Below, in pieces: positions 25,610-38,129 of a stretch of 64,000 bases of DNA. The position numbers were made by a program, and so were the translations under genes. Position 1 is the stretch's first letter, and every line of letters begins with the position of its first letter. The notes below the pieces were generated by a model, which was given only the letters and a program-made list of their open reading frames with translations, was not told the origin of the DNA and searched no databases. This DNA is from Selaginella moellendorffii (taxonomy: Eukaryota > Plantae > Lycopodiophyta): positions 3,393,137 through 3,457,136 of the forward strand of contig NW_003314267.1 in NCBI RefSeq assembly GCF_000143415.4. The letters are read 5' to 3'.

Positions 25610-27926
25610 TACATTTTCACAAAAACAAAATGAGAAAAAGTTGGATACTATGATATCAATCTAACGATTGTGATTCTTTGCTCTTTACTTTATCAAACCA
25701 TATTTACATTCAAAAGGTAGAAAGATTTGTTTTGTCTAGTAATTGAAACTCCAACAACATCATATACTGATCTTCATTGAAGAATCACCACCACTACATG
25801 CATGTAAACCTTATATTGTTTTATTGGTCTAGACACCAAACGGGGTCTTACCAGTCATAAACTTTAAATCCCACATTCTCTTCCATATAAAATCAACATG
25901 ATGTGCAAGAACTATTTGACGTACTTGTTCACAAGCTAAAGTTAGCAGCTGTGTTTCACTCCTCCTTACCTTCCAGCAATATACTATTAGTATTTGAGAA
26001 GCATCAGATGTCCAGGACACAAAGGAAGGGGCTTGCTGGCCATCCAAAACGGGCATGTTTTGTAAAGGCCGAGACATCTTATCTATGTGAGGAAACTGAT
26101 AACCTCTAGCTCTCCTTGGAAATCATAGTGTTTATGAGAATCATTTGGATTGAATGTTCCTCCTTTGAGACTACAAAGCCAAGGATTCTTTATGCTGTCA
26201 ATTTTATTTGCATAAAATAGAGCAAACCATAACCAGCTATCCTGATGATGATTAATCATCACTAATGATTTCAAGATGTGGAAAAAAATTGAGCAGGCAG
26301 AATGTTTTCTTTAATAACTCTTAACAAAAGGGAAAAATGAACATAACAACTAAGTTTGAAGAATTAATATTAAACTTTTAGATAATAATGATTATAAATT
26401 CTGTATCAACTAATTCTAATGCAACCCATAATGTGAGATCTCTTCAACACATCCATAAACCAAAAGTTTATAATGAAAAAGCCAATGATTGCATCAATTT
26501 AAAAATTAAACACGATAAGTTATGCTCAACAAATTATGATCCTTTATGGATCCATCTTCTACATCAAAACTTCATAACAAACAAGTCTTAATAAAAAGTC
26601 TTTAAGTCTTGATAAACATTATTAATAATAAATTATCCCAAGTTAAATTTAACATAAATGAACAATTAACTGCTATGTAAAACTAAACTACTTTTTGAAG
26701 AAAAGCCAAAGCTTAAACCTCTTTGTAATTTTGTCTAATTTACTACTCTGTTTATTTAAACACCAATATAATTAGAAAATTCACTAATGTTAACAATGAT
26801 ACTACTTTGCAAGTAGACTACCACCACCATAAACACTTCATAAGTATATTATTATATCACAAGGATATAATACATAAATCACAATGACTTAATCACTAAT
26901 CAAGTAATACCACAAGCAAAGCCATATCACTACTATAAAGGTTTATATTGTATTAAGTACTTAATAATAAAATGCAATATAAATGCTATACCTTTTACAA
27001 CAGCCAATAAAACAATATAATATTATCCTTTTTCCCACTAAACTCAAAACTAATTTAACACCAAATTACTTAAGAAGAAATAGTAAAGTTCCTAAAAAAA
27101 AACTGAGCATTGCAACTTAATCCCTTTAATAGCAAGTTTAAGCAAAACAATTTAGAACTTATCACAACTAAATGCATCAAAGTAGGAATCTTGATTGCAT
27201 GATTTGAAAATAAGCAATAAAATCATGTTTTGTTGTTATTTAATCCTTCATCTTCAATAACTCTGTTTTTTAGTCTCAACTTTGACTAAATACTTTTGCA
27301 TTACTTTAAATTCAATCTCAAAAATGTTTATGGGAAAGTACTGCAAACTACTTGAACTTGCCCCAAGACACCGCAAGAAGATGTCTTCATCATTCTCCTA
27401 GGAAATCTTGATAACCTTTTGAGAATGATCTCAGTGCTATTTTCCTCAATATGACTTAAGTTAGTATTATTAACAAGAACTTGAGATCGATCAGTAATTT
27501 TTTTCATTATAGCGATAAATATTTTGTGAAATACCTCTGGCCAACTATAAAAACCAATAGATCAAATGCTTAAACTAGGCATTTCTTATATGTGAAAATA
27601 CAAAATAAAAACCCCTTTACAACAGGTTCAACTTCCTTGAAGTCACTGACATAAATTTCTAGAATTTATCATCACTTGAACAAAAGTGAAAATGTTAACT
27701 ATTTAACCACCCTTTAAAAAAAAGTAGAATGTTATTGCTAAATTGACAAAATAGTTTTCATGTGTCTAACTATAAAGGTAATTCAGTATTAAGCCCTGGA
27801 TATCTTATACTAAATAAGACTGTGTTGGCTGATTATAGGAATGAAGAAAAGAGCAATCATTACTATTAATATAAAACTAAATAAATCTAATGCAAAGCTC
27901 AATATTCATTTATAAATATCTATATA

Positions 27927-28799
27927 TTATCTTAAACAATTCTGGTGATTATATGTTTTTGTATCCCATATTACACTGTGTGGTCTAATTGAATTATATA
28001 TTACAAAATTACAGTCATTTTGTATAATTGAGTATGTAAAAATTAAACAATTTGAACAATAATATTGTATTGACCATAAAGCTTTATTCTTCTCAGTATA
28101 TATCACAGAATTTCCATCAATTTGGGTTTTCCAATAACAAAATTTAAAATAATCTTCAGAATTACTAGATTGCCACAAACGATATTTTCCTGAATAAAGT
28201 GTAGCTTTACAGTTTGATCCAATATAAAATATATTTTTACCATTTTCAGATATTAACATTTGTTCTTTATAAAGGATATTATTTTTAAAACCAGCATTTA
28301 AAGTGCTTTTAGTTGTATCACATCTGATATATCCTTGATAACTATATGAGTGCAAATTAGTAATAAGTTTTATTTGATTGTTACTAAACCATAAAAGAAA
28401 ATTATATTCAAGTATATATATATCACCCACAATTTTACAAGATTTTGAACCAGTCTGGATCATAATCATTTTATAGAAATTTAACTTACGTCCAAAATTT
28501 TGTTTTAGCGCTTGACCAACAATAGTATTAGTTTCAGTTGAACATGTTGACTGTGCTAAACCAGTGCGTTTAATTCTTACGGCAACGGCTCCTCTACTAA
28601 AATCTACATAAGTGAAATCATTAAAATCTGGTGGATAATCACCATATGTTTGAATTTTTTTAATAAGAAATTGGAAACCATGTTTTATAATATACTTCAT
28701 CTCATTTTCAGTAAAAGTATTATTTTCTCCCCATTCAACATATCCCATACAATAAACATTACAAATGAAAGTAATCAGAAAGAAAACAACAATAGCCAT
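27927..28799 (-). CDS. Intronless AT-rich secreted protein: unknown N-terminal domain + C-terminal GNA/bulb-type lectin domain
   Basis: Signal peptide MAIVVFFLITFICNVYC. QIDGNSVIY and QNDCNFVIY match the QxDxNxVxY mannose-binding motif. 290-aa ORF is open despite very low GC. Confidence 0.75.
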   Translation of the reverse strand: MAIVVFFLITFICNVYCMGYVEWGENNTFTENEMKYIIKHGFQFLIKKIQTYGDYPPDFNDFTYVDFSRGAVAVRIKRTGLAQSTCSTETNTIVGQALKQNFGRKLNFYKMIMIQTGSKSCKIVGDIYILEYNFLLWFSNNQIKLITNLHSYSYQGYIRCDTTKSTLNAGFKNNILYKEQMLISENGKNIFYIGSNCKATLYSGKYRLWQSSNSEDYFKFCYWKTQIDGNSVIYTEKNKALWSIQYYCSNCLIFTYSIIQNDCNFVIYNSIRPHSVIWDTKTYNHQNCLR

Positions 28800-28889
28800 T
28801 AATAATCGACAATAACAAGTTTATGGTGCTGATATACCAAGGCTCTTTGTCTTTTCCACCTTTTTCTAAAGTTTATATATACATGTTGC

Positions 28890-29080
28890 TCATGTTGATC
28901 GATCCCCAGACAGCTCCCTACCCGTTAAGAACCGTGGGCATTGTCTCCCGTACAACGATCATCTTGGGTTACCATGCTCCGACCATCTTGGACGAGAGCC
29001 GGGCTGGAGCAAGCGGTTAGGATCGTCACCATAGCCTTGATACACCCAGTAGCAAAGTTGCCATGGAAAGCGTGGCCACA
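28890..29080 (-). pseudogene. PPR gene relic
   Basis: Translates to GHAFHG...MVTILTACSSPALVQDGR (PLS L-motif-like). Homologous to 60330-60430. Confidence 0.5.
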
Positions 29081-29168
29081 ACAGACGTAATATTGGATTT
29101 TAGAACACTTACAATGTCTTTTTATCGATTCTCCAAGAAAAATAACATCATTCCATCACGTATTCAAT

Positions 29169-32100
29169 TTACTTGAAGATCGCAGTCCTGTTACCAGACT
29201 TTGGAAACACGGTCCTCCTCTTCCCGCCTTGCAGGACACCGTTTAGCTTTGGTTCGGCACTCACGGCCGGATCGAAGTGAGGCTCTCTCTTGTCCCGCTT
29301 CACGCTGAACGGCGTCACCTCGGCCTCGTCTTTGGCACCAGCGTCACCGGTCGCGGAGTCGCTTGCTCGCTTCCGGCCCTTTCTCATCCGTTCTCTCTTC
29401 CTGTTCTGCTGCTGCTTGCCGCTACCACCGTAACGTTCGTTGAGCGAGAGAGGTAGCTCGCTTGCTCCGGGATCTCTCGTAGCAGGCGTACCATCTTCGT
29501 CGCCTTGATCAGCCCCGGCTTGATCCACCCCCGTGGTGTCCTTGGTTTCGTTATCGCCATCTTCAAGCAATATTACTTCTTCCAGATTGGAGACCGGGCC
29601 AGTAACTTCCACCACCGGAGAACAGATCTCCAATGCCGCCACTGAGCTAGTCTTCCCGTCGGGAACAATCTGCTGTTCCTCCATAGGGACTGCCTTGACG
29701 CTCGGGAACGAGAGTGAAGCCCGTATGGCCAGAGCTTTTGCCATCGCCTCTTCATCGTCGTCTTCGTCGCTATCGAGATGTGCGGAGGAAGCCCGGAAGA
29801 GTGCGTCTGCGACTGATGACCTCTTGACTTGCATCGTAGGCACAGTCTCTTGTTGTAGCTTCGCAGCGGACGTTTCCAAGGCTTCTTCAACGGTTTCGAA
29901 ACCTGGTTCATCGAACACGGCAAGCGAAGTGCCTTCCGGGACCGATGGAACCGTCTTCACAGTGGTCACCACGTCAAGCTGTTGGACAAAATGTTCGGTG
30001 GCTGCCGGACTGGTTGGCACCATTGTATCGTTGATTTCGCCTTCTTCAACTTCTTCTGGTTTGGATGGCTCTGGAACTGGTACTGGTTGCTGCGTGACAA
30101 CGGTCTTTGCCGCGTCTCGAATCACTTTCAGAAGAGCAGCTGAGTGAAAGGCCGCAACAGGGTGCCCACGCCTTAAAATTCCTTGTAGCCTTTTCACATC
30201 TTGAGGAGCATCCTCAGCTGTATTCATCACTATGTCAAGTACCTGAACTGTAATAATAAGAAGCACATACCAAGACGGAACAGTAGACTATTAGGTAGAA
30301 TGTATCCAGTGCTTTCGTCTTCGCTTCGACAAAGTTTGTCCCTCCAAGCGTACAATCCCTGAAAATTCAAAGACGTTAGGCTGCAACTAATTTAATAACC
30401 CAAATGACTTACAGCAACTATCGCAAGTTTCTCAGGGGTCAAGTTCTTTTCGGCTAGCCTGTACAGTGAAATCCAATATTTCAAATGAACAATTGCTGTC
30501 AAATACGTACCCATAAATATGCAAAAACGAGCTTTCAGTGAAGAGTTCCTTCTCATACAATTGTAAGCAAAGGTCGCGGCTCCGTTGACAGACCTGAAAT
30601 AATATCCATAATGATACCAAAATAGTAACAAAAACAACGCCCCTACCTCCAGATAAAGGTCCTCAGTAGTTTCTGCGTCTCGAAGCAGCCCCTTCATCTT
30701 GTCATAAACGTACAGCAAGTAATGTGTGTCCTCTCTCGCATACCTGAGAAAGAAAGGCGAACAATTACTTGGAAATGAAAAAGGAAACGGCTTACTTTAA
30801 CATTTCAGCACTGAGTGGACGAAGTCTCCAATCGGCAAGCTGATACCTGACACCATGTTATAATAAACCCCAAATCCTTTAGAGAAACTAATTTAAAAAC
30901 CGCTTATCAGGAGTAACTTCACAAAATGTCTGCAGTAAAAAAGCCAATCCAAATCTCTCCATCCGCAACACTCTCGCGGCCTACATCAGTCGATAAGAAG
31001 GAAGCCAAAGCACATTAGATACTAACAGACCTGACCAGTGTCGAACAAGTTACACACGTAAATGCCAAAATCCCGTTGAAGCCACAGAATATCACGGTCT
31101 GATCCATGTATGACCTGCACTGAAGTGCTCAAATCTCTGTACAGCAGATGAAACAGAAATACCTTTCGGATAGAAGGATTTGCGAAGACACTTCTCAAGA
31201 CTGGGCCAATATGGCTTCTGAGAACCAAGGTATCCACAATAAAGTCTTGGGAACGCGTAGAGACTTGCATTAAGCATACAAAGCCTTGAAAAGACCGATA
31301 GTGATGATTTTCCAGGTCCACCTACATGAACAAGAGTATCCAGTTAACAAGAATGAGCAAAAGAAACAAGTACGGTACCGCGATTTCGGAACTCGCACGC
31401 AGCTTCGCAGCCATCGTCTCTAAAGCCGGAAGGCTTTCCACGATAAACAATGGCGTCTCACTCAAAGACTTTGGTTTCACAGGCTCATCAGGTCCATCAG
31501 CAGGAAACTCCTTCATATACTCCATACTTGTCAGCTCCTCCTGCAACAAAATCCTGTCAATCATGTTGTAAGTCAAAACCACGCAAATGGCTTTAAACAA
31601 TGGAATTAGAGACATGTATCTCACCTTGAGAGGATGCACAGCCGGTGTCTCCATCAAACCCAAGCTCTTAGCATGAAGCTCGAGTGCTGACTGAGGCTTG
31701 GCACTTCCAGTCTCCTCCATAGCCATAGCCTGTGACCGACCCAGCAGCACCTCTCTAGACAGATGCTTGAAAGGCGAGTTGGAGTTATCAGCCGGGTAGT
31801 CGAACTTGTCCTGTGGGCGAGGAAGAGACCTGACATGAAAAGGAACTGGAAGCCGCTCCTTCTTCTGAGAAGCCACTTTCACAGCTCTCTGCGACGTGGT
31901 GGAGGATTTACTCTCGCTCGCATTGCCGCTCGCAAAAGGAGCGTTCTTTTTCTTGCCCTTGCGGAGAAGAAAATCCGGCGGTCTCTTCCCAGCTCCCAGG
32001 CCCAATTCATCCAGAGCCGATCCAACGCCTTCCAGAACATCGTCTTGGACACCAACAAGCCAGTCGTATGATTCCTCCACATCCGCCGGCCACGCCGATG

Positions 32101-32329
32101 CCTCGGATCTAAGCTTCTTGCACGTACCGATCTCGGAGAGCAGCGCCTGGGCGCGCGCATTCATGCTCGCCACGGGCCCCCGGAAATTCGAGAAATTGGA
32201 GTAGTAGTGGAAATCCTCGGCCGCGGGAATCCTCCGCGACAGGAGCTCCACATCCTTGATCGCGACCTGGAGCGGCGCAATGCAGGCCTCGATCGCCTGG
32301 GCTTGGCGCCGCAGCTCGTCCTCCTCCAT
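29169..32329 (-). CDS. RRP6: Exosome 3'-5' exonuclease RRP6-like (PMC2NT, DEDDy, HRDC)
   Basis: [51 protein letters not shown]. Acidic/basic disordered tail. Confidence 0.92.
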
Positions 32330-32351
32330 CGCTAAAGCCCTAGAAAAGTAG

Positions 32352-32360
32352 AAACCCTAA
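32352..32360 (+). promoter_or_regulatory. Telo-box in the 130-bp bidirectional RRP6/CRIPT promoter
   Basis: AAACCCTAA, with related GCCCTA/TAGGG motifs nearby. Confidence 0.5.
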
Positions 32361-32458
32361 AATATATTTTCCATTTGATACTTTTAGGGCTTTCGTATAG
32401 CCCTAATTTTGTTCTTCCATCGCGCGAGGCGAAATCGAGAGCGCTTGATCGAGCGAGG

Positions 32459-32977
32459 ATGGTGTGCGACAAGTGTAAGTAAGCCCTCTCTCTCGATTCT
32501 TTCCAATGCTGAGATGGAGCTCTCGGATCTTGATGGATAGGCGTCAAGAAATTGGGCAAGGTCGTGGTTCCAGACAAATGGAAGGACGGCGCGAGCAACA
32601 CAATCCAAAGCGGCGGCCAGAAGATCAATGAGAACAAGCTGCTATCCAAGAAGCACAGGTTTCTTGCAAAATTTCTCCTCTTTTCATTCAAGCTCTTACG
32701 TTTTCTTCTTTGGTTCTCTAAAACTTTGTCTAGATGGACGCCCTATGGAACAACAAAATGTGTCATTTGCAAGCAGCAGCTCCACCAGGACGCAAAGTAC
32801 TGCCAGTCGTGTTCCTACAAGAAAGGTATCCTTCTCTTTCTTTTTCACTTTGTGTGTGCTTTCGTTCCCTCTTGTGATTCCTCTAAGAACTTTGTATCGT
32901 TGGGATTGACAGGAGTGTGTGCTATGTGCGGGAAGCAAATTCTCGACACATCCATCTACAAGCAGAGCAATGTTTGA
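32459..32977 (+). CDS. CRIPT: Cysteine-rich PDZ-binding protein (4 exons)
   Basis: MVCDKC..KLGKVVVPDKWKDGA, INENKLLSKK, CVICK, YCQSCSYKKGVCAMCGK..YKQSNV. Confidence 0.95.
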
Positions 32978-33331
32978 GTAACTCCACTGTACAGTAAGTC
33001 CTGTTCTTCGATTTTATCCACCAGTGTTAATAGTAGCTACCTTGAAAGTTCTTTTTTGTGGTTTAACCTTGCTCTCTGGGAATCGTCGCTTCGCGAAAAG
33101 CTGTCACTGATGGAGTCCCAGCAGAGCGTGTTGCCAGATCCATCGCTCAGGATGCTCGCAAGAGAAGCTTGCTCGAGACTTAAGCCTTCCCCCGAGCCAG
33201 AAACATGGGCGATTCCTTGGCCTGAGCTGTGAGATCGTCCAGAAACTTTTCCATAGCTTCAAACTTTAGGATTCTTCCATCTATATACAACTATCGATCG
33301 TTTGTACAAGCTTGAGAATTCGATCACGCCT

Positions 33332-35304
33332 TTACCAGTATCTATCTTTGTTGACGCTGAAGAAGCCAACCTTGAGCTTCCCACCCGTGAGCCTCAATCC
33401 ATCGATCAAGAAGCTCCAAGTCGAGCCCAGCCCTCCAACAAAGTGATCACAGTCCACGGCCATCAAGAGATTGACAAACGCGTTGTTACTGCTCAGTCTC
33501 GTCCCCAAGCTCCTCTCGTAGTCACCCATGCGTGTTGTTCCATTTTGCCTCGCCACCTTTGTGAAATAGAAGCTCCAGTACGTAAAGTTTGACACTGCCT
33601 CATCCACAACACTCTAGAACGAGAAAACCAAGTTAAATCGATGACGGATTTCGAGGGACTCCTTACTTGCATTTCTGTGGAGAGCCAGATGCCTTTGATA
33701 TCGGGGAATCTTGCTCGGATCATCTCGGCCAGAGCCATATGCGACTTTAGATCGAAGATTTTCATCTCCGCAGCTTTGTCACCTTGTCTTACGTGAAGGC
33801 TTATGAGAGGTCTTGGTATCCATGGCCTGTGCTTTGCCCACAACAATTTCATAACATCACGCTGATTAATCACCTGATAGAAATCTTAGAGATCGATGGA
33901 ACATTGCAAAAATGATTGAAGATTCTACCTTTCGCCAGTTCTTTTGTGAGCTTTGAATGACAGCTTGAGCAGCCTCTTTCCCAAATGCTTTATGCCTGGC
34001 CCCATTGAGGAGGATACAAGTGTACTCACTGGAAAATCTCATGTAATATCTCACTGCCTACAAAATAAAAACAATAATATCTATAGAAAATAATAATTTG
34101 GAGAAAAAACTATATAAAATAACCTGAGCTCTCCACCACTGTCGGTCCATGCCTTTGTGTGTAGTAAGAAGCTCCCCATCCACCACGTCAAATGTTTGCA
34201 TGGTTTCCCATGGTCTTCCCCAATACCTGGAATGCATTGTAGTGAAAATATTAGAGTCAATATCTTTGATCAATTGATAGCTATGATCCTTACTCTGGAA
34301 CAGGTCCCGTCCACACCGAAGTTCGAGAAAAATTGTCAAGACCAACGATTGTCCCTTGGTTCCATGCCTTGACATCGCCCTCGAGCTCCATCGCCCGAGC
34401 TCGGCATTCCTCCGAAGTCTCGGGAACAAAGTAACACGACCATCGTCCATGCGCAGCTCCTATACGATTGAAATAAACAAGAGAAGATCTTCGAGAAGAT
34501 CATCTCATACCTTTGCAATCTTCGTGCTTGGCTCGATCAAAGTCTGTTAGAACGAGAACCCTCTTTTCTCGCAAAGCAATGGCCAGGATCCCGGCCATTG
34601 CCACAAGCTCGGCTCCGAGGCCCAGTCCCCGGCTGTTTAGCCAGTTTGTCACCAGAAACTTCACGCTGGGATCAGTACAATTTTTTGGATGCTGGTGGCG
34701 CCACAAATCTCGTTGGACTGCTCGGGTCAGTGGCAGATTGTCCTCGTCGCCACCTTTGATCTGTTCGAACAGTAGAAAAAACAGAATAAAAAAAAGATTC
34801 AAGCCAAAGTTAGATCGTACCCAAGGTGGATAGAGATTTTTTATGGAACGCTTTGTGGAGTTCTTGATCATGAGCTCCAATTCCAATTCCTCATCCTCCC
34901 TGCTCCACAGTGGTGGTCTTCCATTTGCATCGCGATTGTCAAATTCCATCCACTCCAGTGCCTGCTGTTGACAATTTTCCAAGTGTGGAGCAACTGGAAA
35001 ACTCTTGCTGGTGCTTAGAGAAGTTCCATTTAAGCTACATGATTCTTTCCATAGCTTCATCAAATCATCCACATGAGATTCTCTACAATCAACATCGTTG
35101 CTCTGAAATGGTAGCCGGAAAAATTTCGTTGGAGCTATGGAACCACAATTCACAATTCACATCATGACATTGAATCAATTTATACTTACGAGTCGCCCAA
35201 AGGAGGAATAGAACAACAATCGGGAAAAGAACCATGGATTTCCGAAAGAACCCCTCCAACAAATCGATCTCTTGCTTGACTCCAGGTCCAGATTTCATGC
35301 TCAT
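33332..35304 (-). CDS. FUT8/GT23-like putative fucosyltransferase, paralog 1
   Basis: N-terminal TM segment; PHLENC, QHPKNC, LHVRQGDK, IWLSTEMQ, DCDHFVGGLGSTW. Confidence 0.85.
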
Positions 35305-35840
35305 TGTCGCTCGAGCCCTCCACACTCCAAAACGGATTATATCCGATGGTCATGACTCAAACATATACATGAGATCCGACGGCTATAATTCAAACAGGAC
35401 TTGTACGCGAGAGGTTCCTTCGTTTTAGTGCGCGAGGGGCCCTCTTTCCTACACTCACCTGAAAGGAAAACTTTTCAGTGTCTCAGGAGGTGTCATTGTT
35501 ATATGGATTGAAACTTCAGACGTCTATGTTTCACCTAATGGTTGGAAAATCGTTGATCTACCTTGTAAAATTGATTGAATTCTAGTCTTTGTTTGGAAAA
35601 TGGGGTCTGGTATCTGGAATTTTTGTGGGTAATTCTGTCAAGCTTTTGTCTCACGGGTCAAGGAAGTCCAGCTATCTACTGGCACAAAGTTGATGGACTA
35701 TAGATATCCTATCAAAGAACCAACCCAAAGAGGGTCCCTCGAACTTAAATATCTTTTTTCTCAGGAAATCTCCGTGAAACATTAATTTAGCAAAAAATTA
35801 ATTGAAAAAACAATGAGAAACTTATCAAGTTGTTATATGG

Positions 35841-37944
35841 TTACCAGTATCTATCCTTGTTGACGCTGAGGAATCCAGCTCGCAGTTTGCCACCAGTAGC
35901 TCTCATTGCATCAATGAGGAAGCTCCACGTCGAGCCCAGAGCGCCCACAAAAAAATCACACTCACTAGCCATGACAAAGTTGACAAAGGCATTGTTGCTG
36001 CTCGCTTTCACTCCCAAGCTTCTCTCATATGCCCCCATACTTGTAGTTCCATTTTGTCTTGGGATGTCTGTGTAGTGAAACCTCCAGTTCGTGTAGTTTT
36101 TTGACTCGTCAATAACATTCTTATATAGATCAAACAAAAATTCTCTTAGATGAAAATTGGAGATGTCAAGCATGTAATATAATTTTGTTACCTGCATTTC
36201 TGTTGAAAGCCATATTTCTTGAAGTTGAGGAAATTGAGTTTGGATTTTTTGAGCCAGCTCCATGTATGATTTAAAGCTAAAGATTTTCATCTCTGAAGCC
36301 TTATCCCCTTGTCTAACGTGAACACTCAACATTGGCCTTGGTAGCCATGGCTTCGGAGTTGTCCAAATTTTCTCTCGAAGGCTTGCCTGCTGATCCTGCT
36401 GCTAAATTTCAAATAAATGACATTTGTTGCAAAAGAAGTTGGAAATATTATTCTTCACCTCTGAGCCAGGCCAGTTTGTAGGGAGAGTTTTAATAGTTAA
36501 TTCTGCTGCTTGCCTGCCAAATCTGTGATGTCTAGCAAGATTAAGCTGCTTGCAAAGGTACTCACTTGGAGCTCTCATAAGATACCTCAATGCCTGTTTC
36601 AGAAAAGAGATAAGAAATGGCAAATTAGCAAAGCTTCCTTACTTGTGCCCTCCACCATTGCCGGTCAGTAGCCTTGTGCCTCCCAAGAATCTCACCGTCA
36701 ACCACATCCAAAGGTTGCATTGTCTCCCACGGTCTTCCCCACTTCCTGCATTGACCAACACGTTGACTATCTCCTTCTCAAAGGTCAAAGCCTTCTTACT
36801 CTGGAACCTTTCCAAACCACATGTAGGCTTTGGGATACGAGTTGGCATTGGTCACCACCTTTTGCTTCCATGCCTTTTTCTGAGACAAAAGCCTCTTGGC
36901 CTGTGCCCTACACTCCTCGGAGGTTTCCAAAACAAAATAGCACGACCAGTGAGCCCTCGCTGACCCTACAAAGAGATGGTCAACGCCGTGGTTGAATAGT
37001 TAGTCAACCTATTGTGTTTTACCTTTGCATTCATCATGGTCTGCTCGGTTGAGGGTGTCAGTGACGAGTACCCGCTTCTCGTTGACGGCAATGGCAAAGA
37101 TACCCGCCATCGCCACCATTTGACCTCCAAGCCCCAGCTTGGGCGAGTTGACCCAGTCGTTGACCAAGAACTTGGTTGACTTATCAGTGCAGTCCTTGGG
37201 GTGCTGATGCAGCCATAGATCCGTTTGGGCTTGCCTTGTCATGGGCAAATTATCATCATCGCCACCTTCAATCTATACTATGATCATGGGAAACCTGTGA
37301 TTACGTTGGAAAGTGCTATACACGTACCCACGGAGGCTGTGGACCACCTCGGAAGAACACGTCTTCATTTGGAGCTCTTGGATTGTGACTTTCACGCGCG
37401 GTGGGAAAGATCCAATTGGGTCGATTTCCACTGGCATCGACTGTGTCCCAAGCGCTAGTTTGCTGCGAGCAGTTCTGGAGGTGTGGAGCTCGGGGGGCGC
37501 TTTTGATCGAAGAAGAAGAAGAAGAAGTTCCATTTCCAAGATAGAGCTCCTGCCAGTACTTCAGTAGGAGCTCCACTCTGGGATCAAAATCTCTGGAGGG
37601 TGTTTCCTTGGAGCAATTCGCCGCGACGATCGGGTCAGTGGTCGAAGAGACTGAAAAAATTGGAAGAACAGAGAAGGAATTCTAATCGATTTCTTCCTTG
37701 CACACAACTTACGGGACTTTAAATCCGTTGTAAGCATCGCGCGAGGAAACGTGAAGAAGAGGACGAGCGAGATCGCTGTGATCGACGCAAACGTGTTGAG
37801 AATTCCCTTCCTCGTCCACAAATCCATGGCCATTACATTAGAGAGGCGCATTCGCATCGTCGTGAAGTCGTGCCTTGGAAGAACAGCGTTATTATTTTCT
37901 TTCGGCACTTCAATGCCGGCATCCAACGGCTGTGAATGGCCCAT
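35841..37944 (-). CDS. FUT8/GT23-like putative fucosyltransferase, paralog 2
   Basis: TM segment; PHLQNC, QHPKDC, VHVRQGDK, ECDFFVGALGSTW. Confidence 0.85.
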
Positions 37945-38129
37945 TTGGTCGCTTAATCCAAGCTCCACCCGCGTGGAAAAAAGGAATTGCGTAGTCGTGA
38001 CTCGCTCGACTACGATGAATTTCAAACAAAGATTACAACGATTCCGGAGAAAAATACTCGTGAAATTTGACTTTAAACTTCTCGATCACACTGTTTCGAG
38101 CTTTTGAACTTACGCTCCAAATTCGATTT

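Noticed and set aside
25700-27300. Possible transposase or viral remnant
   Set aside because: Short broken ORFs with no motif I can identify; left unannotated.
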